IMG/VR virus record: IMGVR_UViG_3300036982_000611
Coordinates: 1 to 56,615 of that record
Length of the DNA stretch: 56,615 bases
Strand: one strand, 5' to 3'
From: a virus
Taxonomy: Duplodnaviria > Caudoviricetes
Under the pieces are notes generated by a model. It made no database searches. It saw only the letters and a program-made list of their open reading frames with translations, and was not told the DNA's origin. Below are positions 35,775-46,322 of the stretch, piece after piece; positions within the stretch are counted from its first letter, which is position 1, and each line of letters starts with the position of its first letter. The translations under genes were made by a program, and so were the position numbers.

Positions 35775-36088
35775 TTCTTTTTCTTTCCACATCCGCATCC
35801 GCCAGATATTCCAGCCTTCGCTGAATTTCGCTTCTTCTCTGGAACAGAAGAACTGACAGGGGCAGCATTCCGTTTTATGCCACCGCAGAAAGCTGGAGGA
35901 TTGATGACAGGATTATCCGGAGCCGTCGCTCCAAGTCTTCCCTTTTCCATTGCAATGAAAATATCTCGACCGCATGTTGACGAGAGATCATTTGTGCCAC
36001 TGCAAAGCGAATGCAGTACAGTAGACTTCTGCATTTTATGTCGTGCGCACCACCCGGCAGCAGGGCACTCACAATGAGGATTGCTCAT
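35771..36088 (-). CDS. small Cys-rich protein
   Basis: CECPAAGWCARH...GGCGCGKKKK. Confidence 0.65.
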   Translation of the reverse strand: MSNPHCECPAAGWCARHKMQKSTVLHSLCSGTNDLSSTCGRDIFIAMEKGRLGATAPDNPVINPPAFCGGIKRNAAPVSSSVPEKKRNSAKAGISGGCGCGKKKK

Positions 36089-38226
36089 TCGTATACCGTG
36101 ATTGTTATTGTGGGGTTAATCATACTGCTTCCACCGCAACACCCGATACCACCAGTCGACCCAGAGAAACTTGCATATATTGGAACGCATGCAGCAGATG
36201 GATCTGTGTCAAAAAATCCGATGCATGGCATCCCGATAAATTGGATCTGATTGAATGGGCATCCCATCCGAACCTCGAACGAATGGCCACACATCATACC
36301 AACCCCGACCCACTGATTCAGGCTCCACCTAAACACCATGGGCACAGAGATGTCAGGGCAGTCAGGGCATGATGTTTGTATCGAAGCGTAGATTACAGTA
36401 GGAAATGATGTTCTTTCCTCTGTGCAACATTGAGGAGCTTCAACAGAGCAGTCATTAGTACACGATGAACATTTTGCGTCAATGAATGCTGTGAATCCCG
36501 GATTGTCAGCCGTTGCCGGAACCTGAACCTCCCACCTCGCTTCAGGTCTCGGGCATGGGTTAATGAGGTCGTCAATCAAAACAGGCGGAGTGGAAGTGTC
36601 CGTTATGATTGATCCAGTGCTGCTTAGGAACAGGTAGCACCGCATGTCACCGCACGTCGCCCCATTGCCTGAATTGAAGAACGGATTGAATTCGGCGTCT
36701 TGGTAATTCTCAAATACCTTGCGATAAAAAACGCACTGGTCTATGACCCCATTCAGATAATTCTGGGCATTTGATTGACCGCCAAAATAAAGATTCGAAG
36801 CTGTTATTGGAACAGATCCATAAAGCACATCGACGCTCGGCTGATAGTTCCCAATCTGAACGCCGATCATCTGAAAATCGTTATCTATCGATGCTGTTAA
36901 AAAAATCCACTGGTTTACACCATAGGTGGTGCTTAATTGAGGCGAGTCTACGGCACTGACAACTCCATACTGATCTTCTGTTTCAAACCGAAAAACGTCA
37001 GAAGCAGTCACGTAATGAAGTTTGTAGGCGTCGAGCTTTTCTACAATTGTTTGGTCTTGCGACTTTGTAGACAGTTTCACCCAAAGAGAGATTGTTGCGT
37101 TGCAGTTACTAAGCCAGATGTCAGGACTGTTTTGGACCGTTAACTTATTGGTCCCATCAAACAAAGCGGCATTTGCAATCTTCCCGGTTGTCGATGTAAC
37201 CGTGTTGTCTGAGCTTGTGTGGTTGTCTCCGTAAGAGTCCAGTCGAGATCCTGAAGTCTCATCCATCTTCCAGCATGAAATCATGAGATCCAGAGGAGCG
37301 CTAAGATGCCCAAGCGACACTCTTATCCCAGAAGCTGTTGTCCAGCTTGGATTGGTAATCACTGAATCGCTGGCCGAAAGACTCCCGGATCCACTTGCTG
37401 ATCCGCTGGAAGATCCACTCGCTGAGACACTTGCAGAAGGCGTCTCGTAAAGGCAGGCGATTTCAGAACTGCTTATCCTGATTCCAGCAACAGTGATGCA
37501 CATGCATTTGCAGATACACGTACAGTTGCAGCAAAAGTTCTTTATCGGATGCCGGTCAAGTATGAGTCCGCCCGCTCCGTCAGAGCATGCCTGTCTTCCG
37601 GTAATAGCAATATGATTTGCGCGGGATAGGACGATCGTGTATCCGCCGACAACAAATTCAGTTCCAACACCGAATCCAGCGTCTCCCAGATCCCTGTCTG
37701 TCGCACCATCAAGAGGGTCGTCTGTATGGGAGAGCCTTCGACAAAAGAAATTCGGACTGTTCCTTGATTCCTGATTGATTAATACACAGGCTCCCGGTGT
37801 ATTTTCGTCGATACCGAGTACCGCACTCCGGATACACAATCGGCATTCATCTGCAGATACGATGAAATGGAAAAACAGGTCAAAGACAACTCCGTTTATT
37901 GCAAGTTCAGAGCCTGAAGTGATCGGCCCGTAGAGTGGCTGCTCAAGGCCAACTGGCGCAGGAGGGCAGTAAAGCCTGTAAATCGCAGTAGTCTGAGACA
38001 TCGCATCACTTGCGGATGCCGAGGCACTGGCTGATGCTGAGGCACTGGCTGAGTCGGAGCCCGGAGTCTCGTAAACAGTAACGCATGCGTAATGAGGGAT
38101 GCATGAACAGCAGAACCTCTGCCAAGCCTGTGATATCTCGAAGTCTGTGCCGTCGTTAGCCCAAACCCGAGGAGGCCGCTCGCACCCGTTACAGCAGCAG
38201 TCTTTTGATGTTCCCTTCGCCGTCAT
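36085..38226 (-). CDS. Cys-rich tail protein with LamG/concanavalin A-like domain (candidate receptor-binding protein)
   Basis: WKMDETSG...GKIANAALFDG...TISLWVK...LNGVIDQ; Ser/Ala linkers. Confidence 0.75.
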   Translation of the reverse strand: MTAKGTSKDCCCNGCERPPRVWANDGTDFEISQAWQRFCCSCIPHYACVTVYETPGSDSASASASASASASASDAMSQTTAIYRLYCPPAPVGLEQPLYGPITSGSELAINGVVFDLFFHFIVSADECRLCIRSAVLGIDENTPGACVLINQESRNSPNFFCRRLSHTDDPLDGATDRDLGDAGFGVGTEFVVGGYTIVLSRANHIAITGRQACSDGAGGLILDRHPIKNFCCNCTCICKCMCITVAGIRISSSEIACLYETPSASVSASGSSSGSASGSGSLSASDSVITNPSWTTASGIRVSLGHLSAPLDLMISCWKMDETSGSRLDSYGDNHTSSDNTVTSTTGKIANAALFDGTNKLTVQNSPDIWLSNCNATISLWVKLSTKSQDQTIVEKLDAYKLHYVTASDVFRFETEDQYGVVSAVDSPQLSTTYGVNQWIFLTASIDNDFQMIGVQIGNYQPSVDVLYGSVPITASNLYFGGQSNAQNYLNGVIDQCVFYRKVFENYQDAEFNPFFNSGNGATCGDMRCYLFLSSTGSIITDTSTPPVLIDDLINPCPRPEARWEVQVPATADNPGFTAFIDAKCSSCTNDCSVEAPQCCTEERTSFPTVIYASIQTSCPDCPDISVPMVFRWSLNQWVGVGMMCGHSFEVRMGCPFNQIQFIGMPCIGFFDTDPSAACVPIYASFSGSTGGIGCCGGSSMINPTITITVYE

Positions 38227-39099
38227 TTAGAAAATCACATCGCAAGAAGGATTTTGGCAACACAAAGCATAAATTTCCCACACAGGGTCAAACGGAGCCG
38301 ACCCCTGACGACAGACGCCCTCTGCCGTTCCTTGTGTATATCTTGCCCGCCCTTGCCTTGCGAACAGTTCTTCTGCGGGCTCATTCAAATAGCATCCCGA
38401 CGGATCACACACTTCGACCACGTTAAGTTCAAGTCCGGGAACTCCGAATTGTCCCGGAACGTCACGGATAGTGAACCCAGAATCCCAGGACAGAATAGTC
38501 ACAAGGGCAGTCAGATTATCCGGATTCGCATCTGCAATCTCAAAACGAATATCGCGAACGCTACCCTCGGCACCCGAAGAAACGACTTCCCACCTCTTCG
38601 AGTCCTGATTGAAGAACACGTAGAAGACATCGCATTCGCTTTTGCTGGAAGATGTGACTACCGATGCACTCAATGATCCGGAGTTCGACGTGGAATTCGA
38701 AGCAGATGCAGACGCAGACGCACTCCCCAAATCACAAAACGCATTTACCAAACCACCAACAGGGTCATAAGCCAAGAACGATTTCTCAGCGTCGTCCTTG
38801 CCGTGGGTGCCTGACCTGCGGTTCAGCCGAACTTCTTTTACCAATCCAGACGGGATGTCATCAGCCCAAGCGGCGATGTCGGTCGGTGTTTCTGAAACCA
38901 CGAAGTCGGTAACTGCAACAACTAACTTCATCGGCTGAAAACGATTTGTCGCTGACTGATTCCCCAGCGTCTCATTAACCAGCGACGATCCATTGCCAAG
39001 CGAGATGTCTCGGCGCGGACGAACAGATTCGCTGATGCCTTCGTTAAGGCGTTCAGCGGTTAAAGGATCTCCGGGAGTCCATCGCTTTGGTGTTGTCAT
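38227..39099 (-). CDS. minor tail protein
   Basis: WTPGDPLTAERLN N-terminus; position after the distal tail gene. Confidence 0.6.
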   Translation of the reverse strand: MTTPKRWTPGDPLTAERLNEGISESVRPRRDISLGNGSSLVNETLGNQSATNRFQPMKLVVAVTDFVVSETPTDIAAWADDIPSGLVKEVRLNRRSGTHGKDDAEKSFLAYDPVGGLVNAFCDLGSASASASASNSTSNSGSLSASVVTSSSKSECDVFYVFFNQDSKRWEVVSSGAEGSVRDIRFEIADANPDNLTALVTILSWDSGFTIRDVPGQFGVPGLELNVVEVCDPSGCYLNEPAEELFARQGRARYTQGTAEGVCRQGSAPFDPVWEIYALCCQNPSCDVIF

Positions 39100-40316
39100 A
39101 GGACTGGGTAGAATATGTCAACAAAGTTTTTTAGGGGGAACAGTGGATCTTCCATTGCGTTGTCAACGGCGACACGCATCCACTCGCCAGGAGAATCGTC
39201 TTCAGTGTTTCTGTCGAAGAACAGATGGTTCCATCCGTAGGCTTCGTCATCATCATCAGGGCACGGGTTTGTATCACTGTAACTCGCCGTTGGCGTAGGT
39301 CTCTCAATTCGCTTCTGCTTGAAGACCAGCTTGAGAGTCGTTGTATTCATGTTCGGCGGGGTGACGAGAGGAGGAGTGAGGGGCACTCCGAAGCCTCCAA
39401 ACGCATCAGTTCTTTGCGACCTGTCTTCCTGATAGTCGATGAACATGATTGTCTCTGGCTCGTACTGCCCGCACCCACATGCTGCCGATAGGTCCATAAC
39501 CGGCGCATCACACTGCAACACATCACCCCAGGACTGATCGTTCACGCTCCCACGAAAGTTTCTCAGGTGATTTTCGATCGCGCACAAATACCTGATTGGT
39601 ACGTTATGCCAGCTTACGATAATGTCGGCTTTTGGAATAATCTTGTACGCATAAGAGTCTGCTTTTAACTGACGGGCTCTCTGCTCATCAGTAGTTGTGC
39701 TTGGCAGATCTCTCCAAACGAGATTTCCGTTTGGAAGCGTCAGCATCTCATAGGCCGGATTTCTTTCCACGGAAAGGCATGTCCCCGGAAGAATGTACTC
39801 ATTAGGTTGCCACACATTGTCGACAGTGCTGTACTGAAGACAGTCGCATGGGTTCTCTGAATAGCCGATCGTGACCTTGCATAAATAACCGTTATTATCG
39901 TCATCCACAGGAAGAACAAGGTCAGGGAGCCAGTGATTCGCTTGCTGCTCAATTGACGTGGGATTAGTGATGAGCGTGTGTTCCGTAACCTCATCCGGAG
40001 AAATGAGATGATCGTTTCGGAACACGCATTCACTCAGCGACTCGATACTGAACGCTGAGGCAATTAAATTTATCTGCCCGTACCGCAGAGATCCACCGTA
40101 GTCAAATGGATATGGCGCAGGAAGTTGAGGGATGTACGGATCATCAACGAGATCAAGGTCGTAGAACTTCCCGATCATCCGCAGGCAGAACTCTTCCGCA
40201 TGGATGCACGGAACACTGAACGTGCGAGTCGCCGTAACCTTCCCCGAGGAGAAACTCGGCATGATCGATGGAAGCATTTCCTCGACGGGAAAAGTGTATC
40301 CGTTGTACATGCTCAT
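39096..40316 (-). CDS. tail protein (distal tail/hub position)
   Basis: Immediately downstream of the tape measure gene. Confidence 0.55.
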   Translation of the reverse strand: MSMYNGYTFPVEEMLPSIMPSFSSGKVTATRTFSVPCIHAEEFCLRMIGKFYDLDLVDDPYIPQLPAPYPFDYGGSLRYGQINLIASAFSIESLSECVFRNDHLISPDEVTEHTLITNPTSIEQQANHWLPDLVLPVDDDNNGYLCKVTIGYSENPCDCLQYSTVDNVWQPNEYILPGTCLSVERNPAYEMLTLPNGNLVWRDLPSTTTDEQRARQLKADSYAYKIIPKADIIVSWHNVPIRYLCAIENHLRNFRGSVNDQSWGDVLQCDAPVMDLSAACGCGQYEPETIMFIDYQEDRSQRTDAFGGFGVPLTPPLVTPPNMNTTTLKLVFKQKRIERPTPTASYSDTNPCPDDDDEAYGWNHLFFDRNTEDDSPGEWMRVAVDNAMEDPLFPLKNFVDIFYPVL

Positions 40317-43156
40317 TGTGCTCGTGCCCCTACATTCAATTTTCTGACAGCGTCGGTTGTCTGCTTTTGCTCGCCGACAACCGGGGCGACGAATCCCTGC
40401 ATTGCTTCACGGACACCCTTGTTGACTGCTTCAGCGATGTCGTTGCCCTGCTGTGTCGTTTTTACCTGAGATCCGGCCCTTAGCATGAATTCAATGGCTC
40501 CAGCGCCGACTCCTCCTCCAATTGGGAGAGTCCTCACGGCAGCGTCAATATCATTTGCTACTGGACGTTCTGAGCGAACTGCGTTTATGCCAGACTCCAT
40601 GTCGTTAAGCTGGTTTGTAAGTCTTTCAAGAGCCAGCGTATTTTTATCGAGAGGATCTGAGAGTACGTTTTTTTGCAGCGACTGAACATACGCCTCAAAG
40701 TTAGTATTTGAAGATCCACCTCTCTTTGCGTCCTTTCCTCTTATGCGGTCAATTTCTTCGAGTATGTCTTTTCTTTTTAGAAGAAGTTCATTTTCTGTCT
40801 GGAAACTCAAAGCCTCCTTTAGTGAGGTTGCTCTTTTGTCGATTTCTTCTGTTCCAAGTCCAAGTTGCTTGGCTCTTAAAGAGTCGAACTCGCGAACATT
40901 TTCAATCAATGCTGCATAGGCTTGAGACGTTTTCAATACTTCAAAAACATAAAGAGCCTGATCGCTTGCCGTTCCATTTATTTGCCTCCTGATAATCTCT
41001 TGTGCCGATGAAAGATCCTTTACCTTACCTTCTGCGGCAGCAAGCCCATCAGCGACAGACTTTGAAAAGCTATCCATTTCCGCAGCAATTTTTTCAATAG
41101 AAGCAATCTCACTTTTCATTTCAGAAAGAACAGCAACAAGATTCTTTCCAGCTTCTGAATCGCTGAGGTCAAATGATTCTGATGTTTTTTCAACAACCTT
41201 CAGTAGCTCATTAAAGCCATCTACGGTCTGTCTCAGTTGAACCTGATCTGCCGATCCATTGATGCCATTCTCTCTTGCTTTTCTCAGACCATCGTAAACA
41301 TCCGAAGTTTTCTGGATGACGGGCTGAAGTATTTCCAATTCATCTTTTGCTACGTTTGCAAGAAAATCACTCGTTGAAGCACCAAGACCAAACGCACCGA
41401 ATCCCTTAAACACAGAGGACGAAGACCCGGAAGCCGAAGCATTGTCAATGCGGATCTCAAGCGTCCTTTTTCTGTATTCTAAAAGAGAATTAAACTCTCT
41501 GATCTGACTCAGGACTTTCGATAAATTACCTGTTTCATCTATTCCTTCAAAAATGCCCTTCAGCGTAGATCCTTTATCTTGCGCGTTCTGAACCTGATCG
41601 GCCAACTGTTTTACAATGTCCTTCAATTCTTTAGCATCGTTAATCGACCTCAGGAAATTTTCTCTATCCAGTCCGAGTCCAACATCAAACTCAACTCTTG
41701 CAAAATCTTCTCGAAGTACGGCGCTGATATCTTCGAATTTCGACTCGATGTCATTTAGGCTTTCGAGCCACTCAACAAGTTTTGGAAGAACTGTTATTGC
41801 CAATGCCGATCCGACGCCAGCAATCAGCGGAAGCCATCCGGCAAACTTTGCTCCAATCGTAGCCGCAATTGCCGGTGCTCTTGATAGGTCATTCAGAATG
41901 AATGCGATGTTATTCGACGCACCACGAAGTCCTCCAGCAACGCCGTTCAGACTAAACCCAACAGCAAAGTCTTCAAATGCCTGACCAAGCTGATAAGCGT
42001 TGTTGCTCAGCGTGTTCATTGAATTAGAGACTTTCTGCGCCTCTTGATACGTCAGTTTTAACTCGAGGTTTTTCGACGCAAGGTACTGTGTTGCGTCAGA
42101 AAGTTCTTTCACGCTTATCTGTGTTCCATCGAAAGCAAGCGAAAGCCGACGCACTGCTTCTTCGGCACTCTTGACTTCAAATTTCATCAAAGCGATTGCG
42201 CGTCTTGTGTCTGCATTTGCAAGATTCCCACGAGTTAATGAAGCCTCATACTCGTTTGAAATTCGCCCTGTGCTTATTTCTTCTCTGCCTCTTTTCACTT
42301 CTAAGTCAAAATCTTCCTTCACAGTGGCGCGGGTAGTCTTTACCTGCAGATCAATGACGATCTTATCCTGCGCTCTTGTTCGAAGGTCATTGAGTTGTGC
42401 TGCGATTCTTTCAATATCCGTTCTGGCAGCAGTAACGTCTACCAGACTTTGCGCGCCAAACGCTTGCTTCAAATTGAATTTTGCCTGATTCAATGCAGTG
42501 GTCAGAGTTTCGAATTCTTGAGTCAGTCCAGTGTCTTTCGCAGCAGTGACTGTCTTGCCGACTGTTTTGACTCCCAGAAGTGACTGACCAGCAGCAACAC
42601 CCTCTTGACGGAATCTGAGGTTTCGGTCCAGTTCAGCAGCATCCAATCCTGCAATTGATCTTTGCACATTAGCAGTTTGGCGAAGAGCATCGAGGTTCTG
42701 CAGCCTAAGATCAATGATCCGTCGGATCGCCTCGGCCTGCTGCGTTTCATCGCTTTCTGGCGCGCGTGCGATTGCCTCATTCGCCTTGACTCGATTGGTT
42801 ATGTCCTGCAGGCGACCTTGAATGTCTTTGTCATTCGCAATGCGAACGTCGACTTCAAGGAATGCCTTGTCTCGCTGGAACTCGAGGATTGCCTGGCGAA
42901 GCTGATTCCGAAGATCGTTGGCTGCTTGGTTGGCCGGATTGCCGCCACCTCCAGAAGACCCCCCACCTCCGCCTCCCGAGCCTCCGCCACTAACATTCGG
43001 AGGACCGATCCTCGGAGATGGGATGGACGCTGATGAAAAGACGCGGGTGTACTCGTTGATTGCTGCGTCAGCAGACGCAGTGATTGCCGCCATGAAGCCG
43101 GGATCAGGCTTGATGTTGACGAATACGTCAAGCAATGATTCATCGCCGTCAGCCAC
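40313..43156 (-). CDS. tape measure protein
   Basis: 947 aa, helical, NAYQLGQAFEDF..G...GLRGASNNI motif, hydrophobic segment; follows the tail chaperone. Confidence 0.85.
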   Translation of the reverse strand: MADGDESLLDVFVNIKPDPGFMAAITASADAAINEYTRVFSSASIPSPRIGPPNVSGGGSGGGGGGSSGGGGNPANQAANDLRNQLRQAILEFQRDKAFLEVDVRIANDKDIQGRLQDITNRVKANEAIARAPESDETQQAEAIRRIIDLRLQNLDALRQTANVQRSIAGLDAAELDRNLRFRQEGVAAGQSLLGVKTVGKTVTAAKDTGLTQEFETLTTALNQAKFNLKQAFGAQSLVDVTAARTDIERIAAQLNDLRTRAQDKIVIDLQVKTTRATVKEDFDLEVKRGREEISTGRISNEYEASLTRGNLANADTRRAIALMKFEVKSAEEAVRRLSLAFDGTQISVKELSDATQYLASKNLELKLTYQEAQKVSNSMNTLSNNAYQLGQAFEDFAVGFSLNGVAGGLRGASNNIAFILNDLSRAPAIAATIGAKFAGWLPLIAGVGSALAITVLPKLVEWLESLNDIESKFEDISAVLREDFARVEFDVGLGLDRENFLRSINDAKELKDIVKQLADQVQNAQDKGSTLKGIFEGIDETGNLSKVLSQIREFNSLLEYRKRTLEIRIDNASASGSSSSVFKGFGAFGLGASTSDFLANVAKDELEILQPVIQKTSDVYDGLRKARENGINGSADQVQLRQTVDGFNELLKVVEKTSESFDLSDSEAGKNLVAVLSEMKSEIASIEKIAAEMDSFSKSVADGLAAAEGKVKDLSSAQEIIRRQINGTASDQALYVFEVLKTSQAYAALIENVREFDSLRAKQLGLGTEEIDKRATSLKEALSFQTENELLLKRKDILEEIDRIRGKDAKRGGSSNTNFEAYVQSLQKNVLSDPLDKNTLALERLTNQLNDMESGINAVRSERPVANDIDAAVRTLPIGGGVGAGAIEFMLRAGSQVKTTQQGNDIAEAVNKGVREAMQGFVAPVVGEQKQTTDAVRKLNVGARAQ

Positions 43157-43370
43157 TGATCGTCGCTCCTAACGCAAGGTATGCCTCAACCAATGACAGA
43201 CTCATCGCCTCCCGGAGTCCGATTCCGGCGTTCTTTGTCACTGCGAGTGCCAGCATCTTATAGCGATTTCCATCAACGACATCCACCGGAGCTTTCTTCT
43301 CTACGGTGATGGTTGTGGTTTTTGTGGCCCCAGCGTCTGGCTTTGTTCGCTCGGGCCATTTGAGTTTCCC
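43149..43370 (-). CDS. tail assembly chaperone G-T extension via -1 frameshift
   Basis: Slippery G GGA AAC at 43364-43370; -1 frame open for 73 codons to TGA at 43149. Confidence 0.75.
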   Translation of the reverse strand, partial: GKLKWPERTKPDAGATKTTTITVEKKAPVDVVDGNRYKMLALAVTKNAGIGLREAMSLSLVEAYLALGATISG

Positions 43371-43795
43371 AGCGTGTTTCCTTCATCCGTAGCAAACAGT
43401 GCCATCTTTAAGCGGGACTGTTCCTCCGGAGTCGCTCGGTCCCAGAGATCCTTGACTCGCTGGATCCCTTCCTCCCAAGTCTCTTCACGCGGACCCTTGT
43501 TCGTCTTCTTCTTGAGCTTGCCGCAGCGCCAAACGTCAAAGAAAAAGCCTTCAAGCGATCGGTCGTACTGCAACTCTTCCTCGATCGAAACCGCCGAAGA
43601 GTTGCAGTAAACCTGCTTCATCGCTAACCCGACGAGAACTTTGTAGTTCTCCTCGGTCATTTCCTTGGGGAAACCAGAGATCAAATCCCACGGTCGAGTC
43701 CTTCGAGCCTTGATATGCTCGAGCTTCTCAACGTAGTTCAGCAACCTCTTCGGCTTCACCTCAATCGTTGTTCCGCCAAGAACGACTGGGATCAT
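43301..43795 (-). CDS. tail assembly chaperone (G-like)
   Basis: Between tail tube and tape measure genes; contains the slippery site. Confidence 0.75.
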   Translation of the reverse strand: MIPVVLGGTTIEVKPKRLLNYVEKLEHIKARRTRPWDLISGFPKEMTEENYKVLVGLAMKQVYCNSSAVSIEEELQYDRSLEGFFFDVWRCGKLKKKTNKGPREETWEEGIQRVKDLWDRATPEEQSRLKMALFATDEGNTLGNSNGPSEQSQTLGPQKPQPSP

Positions 43796-43812
43796 CCGTC
43801 ACTCCTCAAATA

Positions 43813-44274
43813 CTAAAGTTCTTCAGTCTGTGTCGTTGGCTCATGCAGCCACTCGTCCACTTCAAACCCGTAGTTGTAGACCACTGGAGAATTACCAGCG
43901 ATGTCGAAGTCCACCGGAACCGACACAATGCGAATGTTCGCTTCGTAGTACGGATCAGTCGGCGATTCAGTGATATTGTCGCAGTTAACCGACCACATGA
44001 TGTGGTAGATGCCGTTGATGGCAAACGGATTCGGAGCAGTTCCGTTGTGACACGCAATCGCAAGATTGCCTGCGCTGGTCACAGTTCCGCAGGCCGTCTT
44101 CTCGTTGCCTGCCGTTGACGAGGTGACGAGCTTTTTAACAGCCGATGTCTTCGTGAACGAAACTCGCGTGACGTGCGGGATCGTGTCCCATGACGCTGAA
44201 CTTGCAGAGGCAGTCGTGTCCAACATCACGCAGGCTTCCGAAGGACAGCACAGTTCACCAGCAGAAAAAGGCAT
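43813..44274 (-). CDS. major tail (tube) protein
   Basis: 153-aa beta-rich ORF in the canonical position. Confidence 0.7.
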   Translation of the reverse strand: MPFSAGELCCPSEACVMLDTTASASSASWDTIPHVTRVSFTKTSAVKKLVTSSTAGNEKTACGTVTSAGNLAIACHNGTAPNPFAINGIYHIMWSVNCDNITESPTDPYYEANIRIVSVPVDFDIAGNSPVVYNYGFEVDEWLHEPTTQTEEL

Positions 44275-44286
44275 TTCAAATCTCCA

Positions 44287-44718
44287 TTAAACAGACGCGG
44301 AAACGGAATCTGAAGTCGACTCCGACTGCTTGTACGTCCCACGGAAAACAAGACTATAAACGATCACACCACCCGTGCCACTGCGAATCGACGAAGTTGC
44401 GTTTCCTCGCTGGCAAAAACATCCACAAGCCCCAACACTCACGCAACCGGCTGCGAACAGCCAGTCCTCAATGAGCGTCCGGTACTCCTGAGCTTTTTTC
44501 TGCATCGTGTCAGAAAAATAAGCCTTGATGTCCACCGTGTGACTCTTCTGAACTGAGGACGATGTCCGCAGCCCAGACTGAGTGTCAATCTTCACCACGA
44601 CATACGGAAGACAATCCGAACATCGCTTCTCATTCAGAAAGTGGTTCTCGCTCTTGATGGTCGTGCAGTTCAATCCCCGAAGGGTTTCAAGAACTGCGTC
44701 TTCGATGCAACATGACAT
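44287..44718 (-). CDS. tail terminator/completion protein
   Basis: LPYVVV motif and position. Confidence 0.6.
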   Translation of the reverse strand: MSCCIEDAVLETLRGLNCTTIKSENHFLNEKRCSDCLPYVVVKIDTQSGLRTSSSVQKSHTVDIKAYFSDTMQKKAQEYRTLIEDWLFAAGCVSVGACGCFCQRGNATSSIRSGTGGVIVYSLVFRGTYKQSESTSDSVSASV

Positions 44719-44848
44719 CTGACTTCCTTACGACAACCAAATTCTCAAGTGCCACTCCATAATCCCGGATCACGACGGCTTCGGCAATCTCCGAACTCAA
44801 GGCATCCACCTCAATTGGAGTTCCCGCGCCGTAGACAATGTACTTCAT
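44687..44848 (-). CDS. small hypothetical protein (53 aa)
   Basis: Translated by hand (MKYIVYGAGTPIEV...); coupled to the upstream stop. Confidence 0.45.
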   Translation of the reverse strand: MKYIVYGAGTPIEVDALSSEIAEAVVIRDYGVALENLVVVRKSDVMLHRRRSS

Positions 44849-45351
44849 CAATTCGTTCCTTCGAAGGCTGCTTTTGCATCAGCCTTTATGTAAACCTTGT
44901 TGCGATCATAAATCTCATCGACCCATGGTCGTCTTACGCCCAGCTTTCGCGGGATTGTACCTTGGTCCCATTGCAAAAGGTAGTTCTGATCTCTTCTGGT
45001 TACGTGACTTGGAAGGAACCCCACATAACCATTAACCACACCAAAAACATCATTTGCTCCGCCGTCGATGTAAGTCGCAAGAAAGTCTGTCTGAGTCCCG
45101 CTGAATCCTTGAAGTGAAGTATTATTCGGTTCATTTACTTCATTTACAGGACCATATCCGTCTCTTGCATGTCCGAGATACCTATGAGGTATTTGGCCGG
45201 GAGGAGAATGCTCCGGAGACTCATCCAACTGTAGTCCGTATTTGTAAGCATCCGCCAAGTGTTCCGCTGCAGCCTTGACCGCCGCCGTCAACTTCCGGTT
45301 CAGCATCTCGATCACCCGATCGCTATGATCCTCGTACCGAGCAGTCAGCAC
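44848..45351 (-). CDS. HK97 gp10-like neck/tail completion protein
   Basis: SPPGQIP...YLLQWDQGT...RPW. Confidence 0.6.
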   Translation of the reverse strand: MLTARYEDHSDRVIEMLNRKLTAAVKAAAEHLADAYKYGLQLDESPEHSPPGQIPHRYLGHARDGYGPVNEVNEPNNTSLQGFSGTQTDFLATYIDGGANDVFGVVNGYVGFLPSHVTRRDQNYLLQWDQGTIPRKLGVRRPWVDEIYDRNKVYIKADAKAAFEGTN

Positions 45352-46006
45352 TTTCCTTCTCCAGTCCAACTTTGAACGGAACAAATTTCCCCTGATCCGA
45401 CACCCTAGTGATCTTGTAAGAACCAGTCTTCGTCTTCAGTCGATGTCTTGAGGAGGGTTTGTCACTAAGAGGCCATTTGACCAGATCTCCGGAATACTGG
45501 TAGACCAGATCCCGTCCGTCATTCCTCGACTGAATCTGCCCTGTCTCTGCGTAGATGCTTCCTTTGACTCTCGCAACTCGCCTGTAAACCGTTTCCTGAC
45601 TGCAGTCGCAGTCCTCACAGTCTTCGACGAGTACATCGATCGTCTCCGTCAGCAGGAAACACGCCGCAACCGACCGAGCCCACAACTTCCACACGCAGAA
45701 CGATGCCAAATACTCGGTCGCATAAACAACCCACTCACCACCGTCCGCATCCGTGATCACCGCTCCCGCGCCAACATCGACCGCGTTCTCCTGAGTCGAG
45801 ACCCGGAAGATGCGATCGCTCATATGCACGTTCGTGTGATTGTTCGTTGCCTCGAACTTCACGCCCTTGGATCTGGCTGACAGGAACTCTGTCGATGCTC
45901 CGCAATACTCGAGAGTAATCACGACGTAGTCGCAGAACGCCGTCAGCCAACTCGTGCAGCCGCACGGGATTTCCAGACAACACGATTCCGAAGCTGACTC
46001 GCTCAT
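45323..46006 (-). CDS. head closure/head-tail joining protein
   Basis: Position and two beta-rich halves. Confidence 0.5.
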   Translation of the reverse strand: MSESASESCCLEIPCGCTSWLTAFCDYVVITLEYCGASTEFLSARSKGVKFEATNNHTNVHMSDRIFRVSTQENAVDVGAGAVITDADGGEWVVYATEYLASFCVWKLWARSVAACFLLTETIDVLVEDCEDCDCSQETVYRRVARVKGSIYAETGQIQSRNDGRDLVYQYSGDLVKWPLSDKPSSRHRLKTKTGSYKITRVSDQGKFVPFKVGLEKESADCSVRGS

Positions 46007-46311
46007 CGCCGATACCTGCGATTCCTCCGAATCATCGGAGTCGTAATGCAAACATCACCAATGCAACTCACCGGAGTCACACACGGAACATGCACAAACT
46101 CAAACAAGTCAGTGGACGAACCACACTTCTTCGCTTTGTACAAATCCGTGTATGTCTTCAGTACGTCAATTTTTGCCTTCAGGCCTGGAGTCCTGTCCTC
46201 GGAAGTGTCGCCCTCTTTCGTGATCGAAGCCGTACACGAAGCTGCTGTGATCTCTTCCGAAAGATCACAAATCTTCTGTTCCAACTCTTCACACGAAAGA
46301 CAGCTTGCCAC
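46003..46311 (-). CDS. head-tail adaptor (gpW-like)
   Basis: Helix-hairpin-helix pattern; 8 Cys. Confidence 0.45.
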   Translation of the reverse strand: MASCLSCEELEQKICDLSEEITAASCTASITKEGDTSEDRTPGLKAKIDVLKTYTDLYKAKKCGSSTDLFEFVHVPCVTPVSCIGDVCITTPMIRRNRRYRR

Positions 46312-46322
46312 CGCGCATCTCC

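Noticed and set aside
35232-36077. Long plus-strand ORFs antisense to late genes (also 9474-10142, 31169-31804)
   Set aside because: Shadow ORFs of real minus-strand genes, with no motifs
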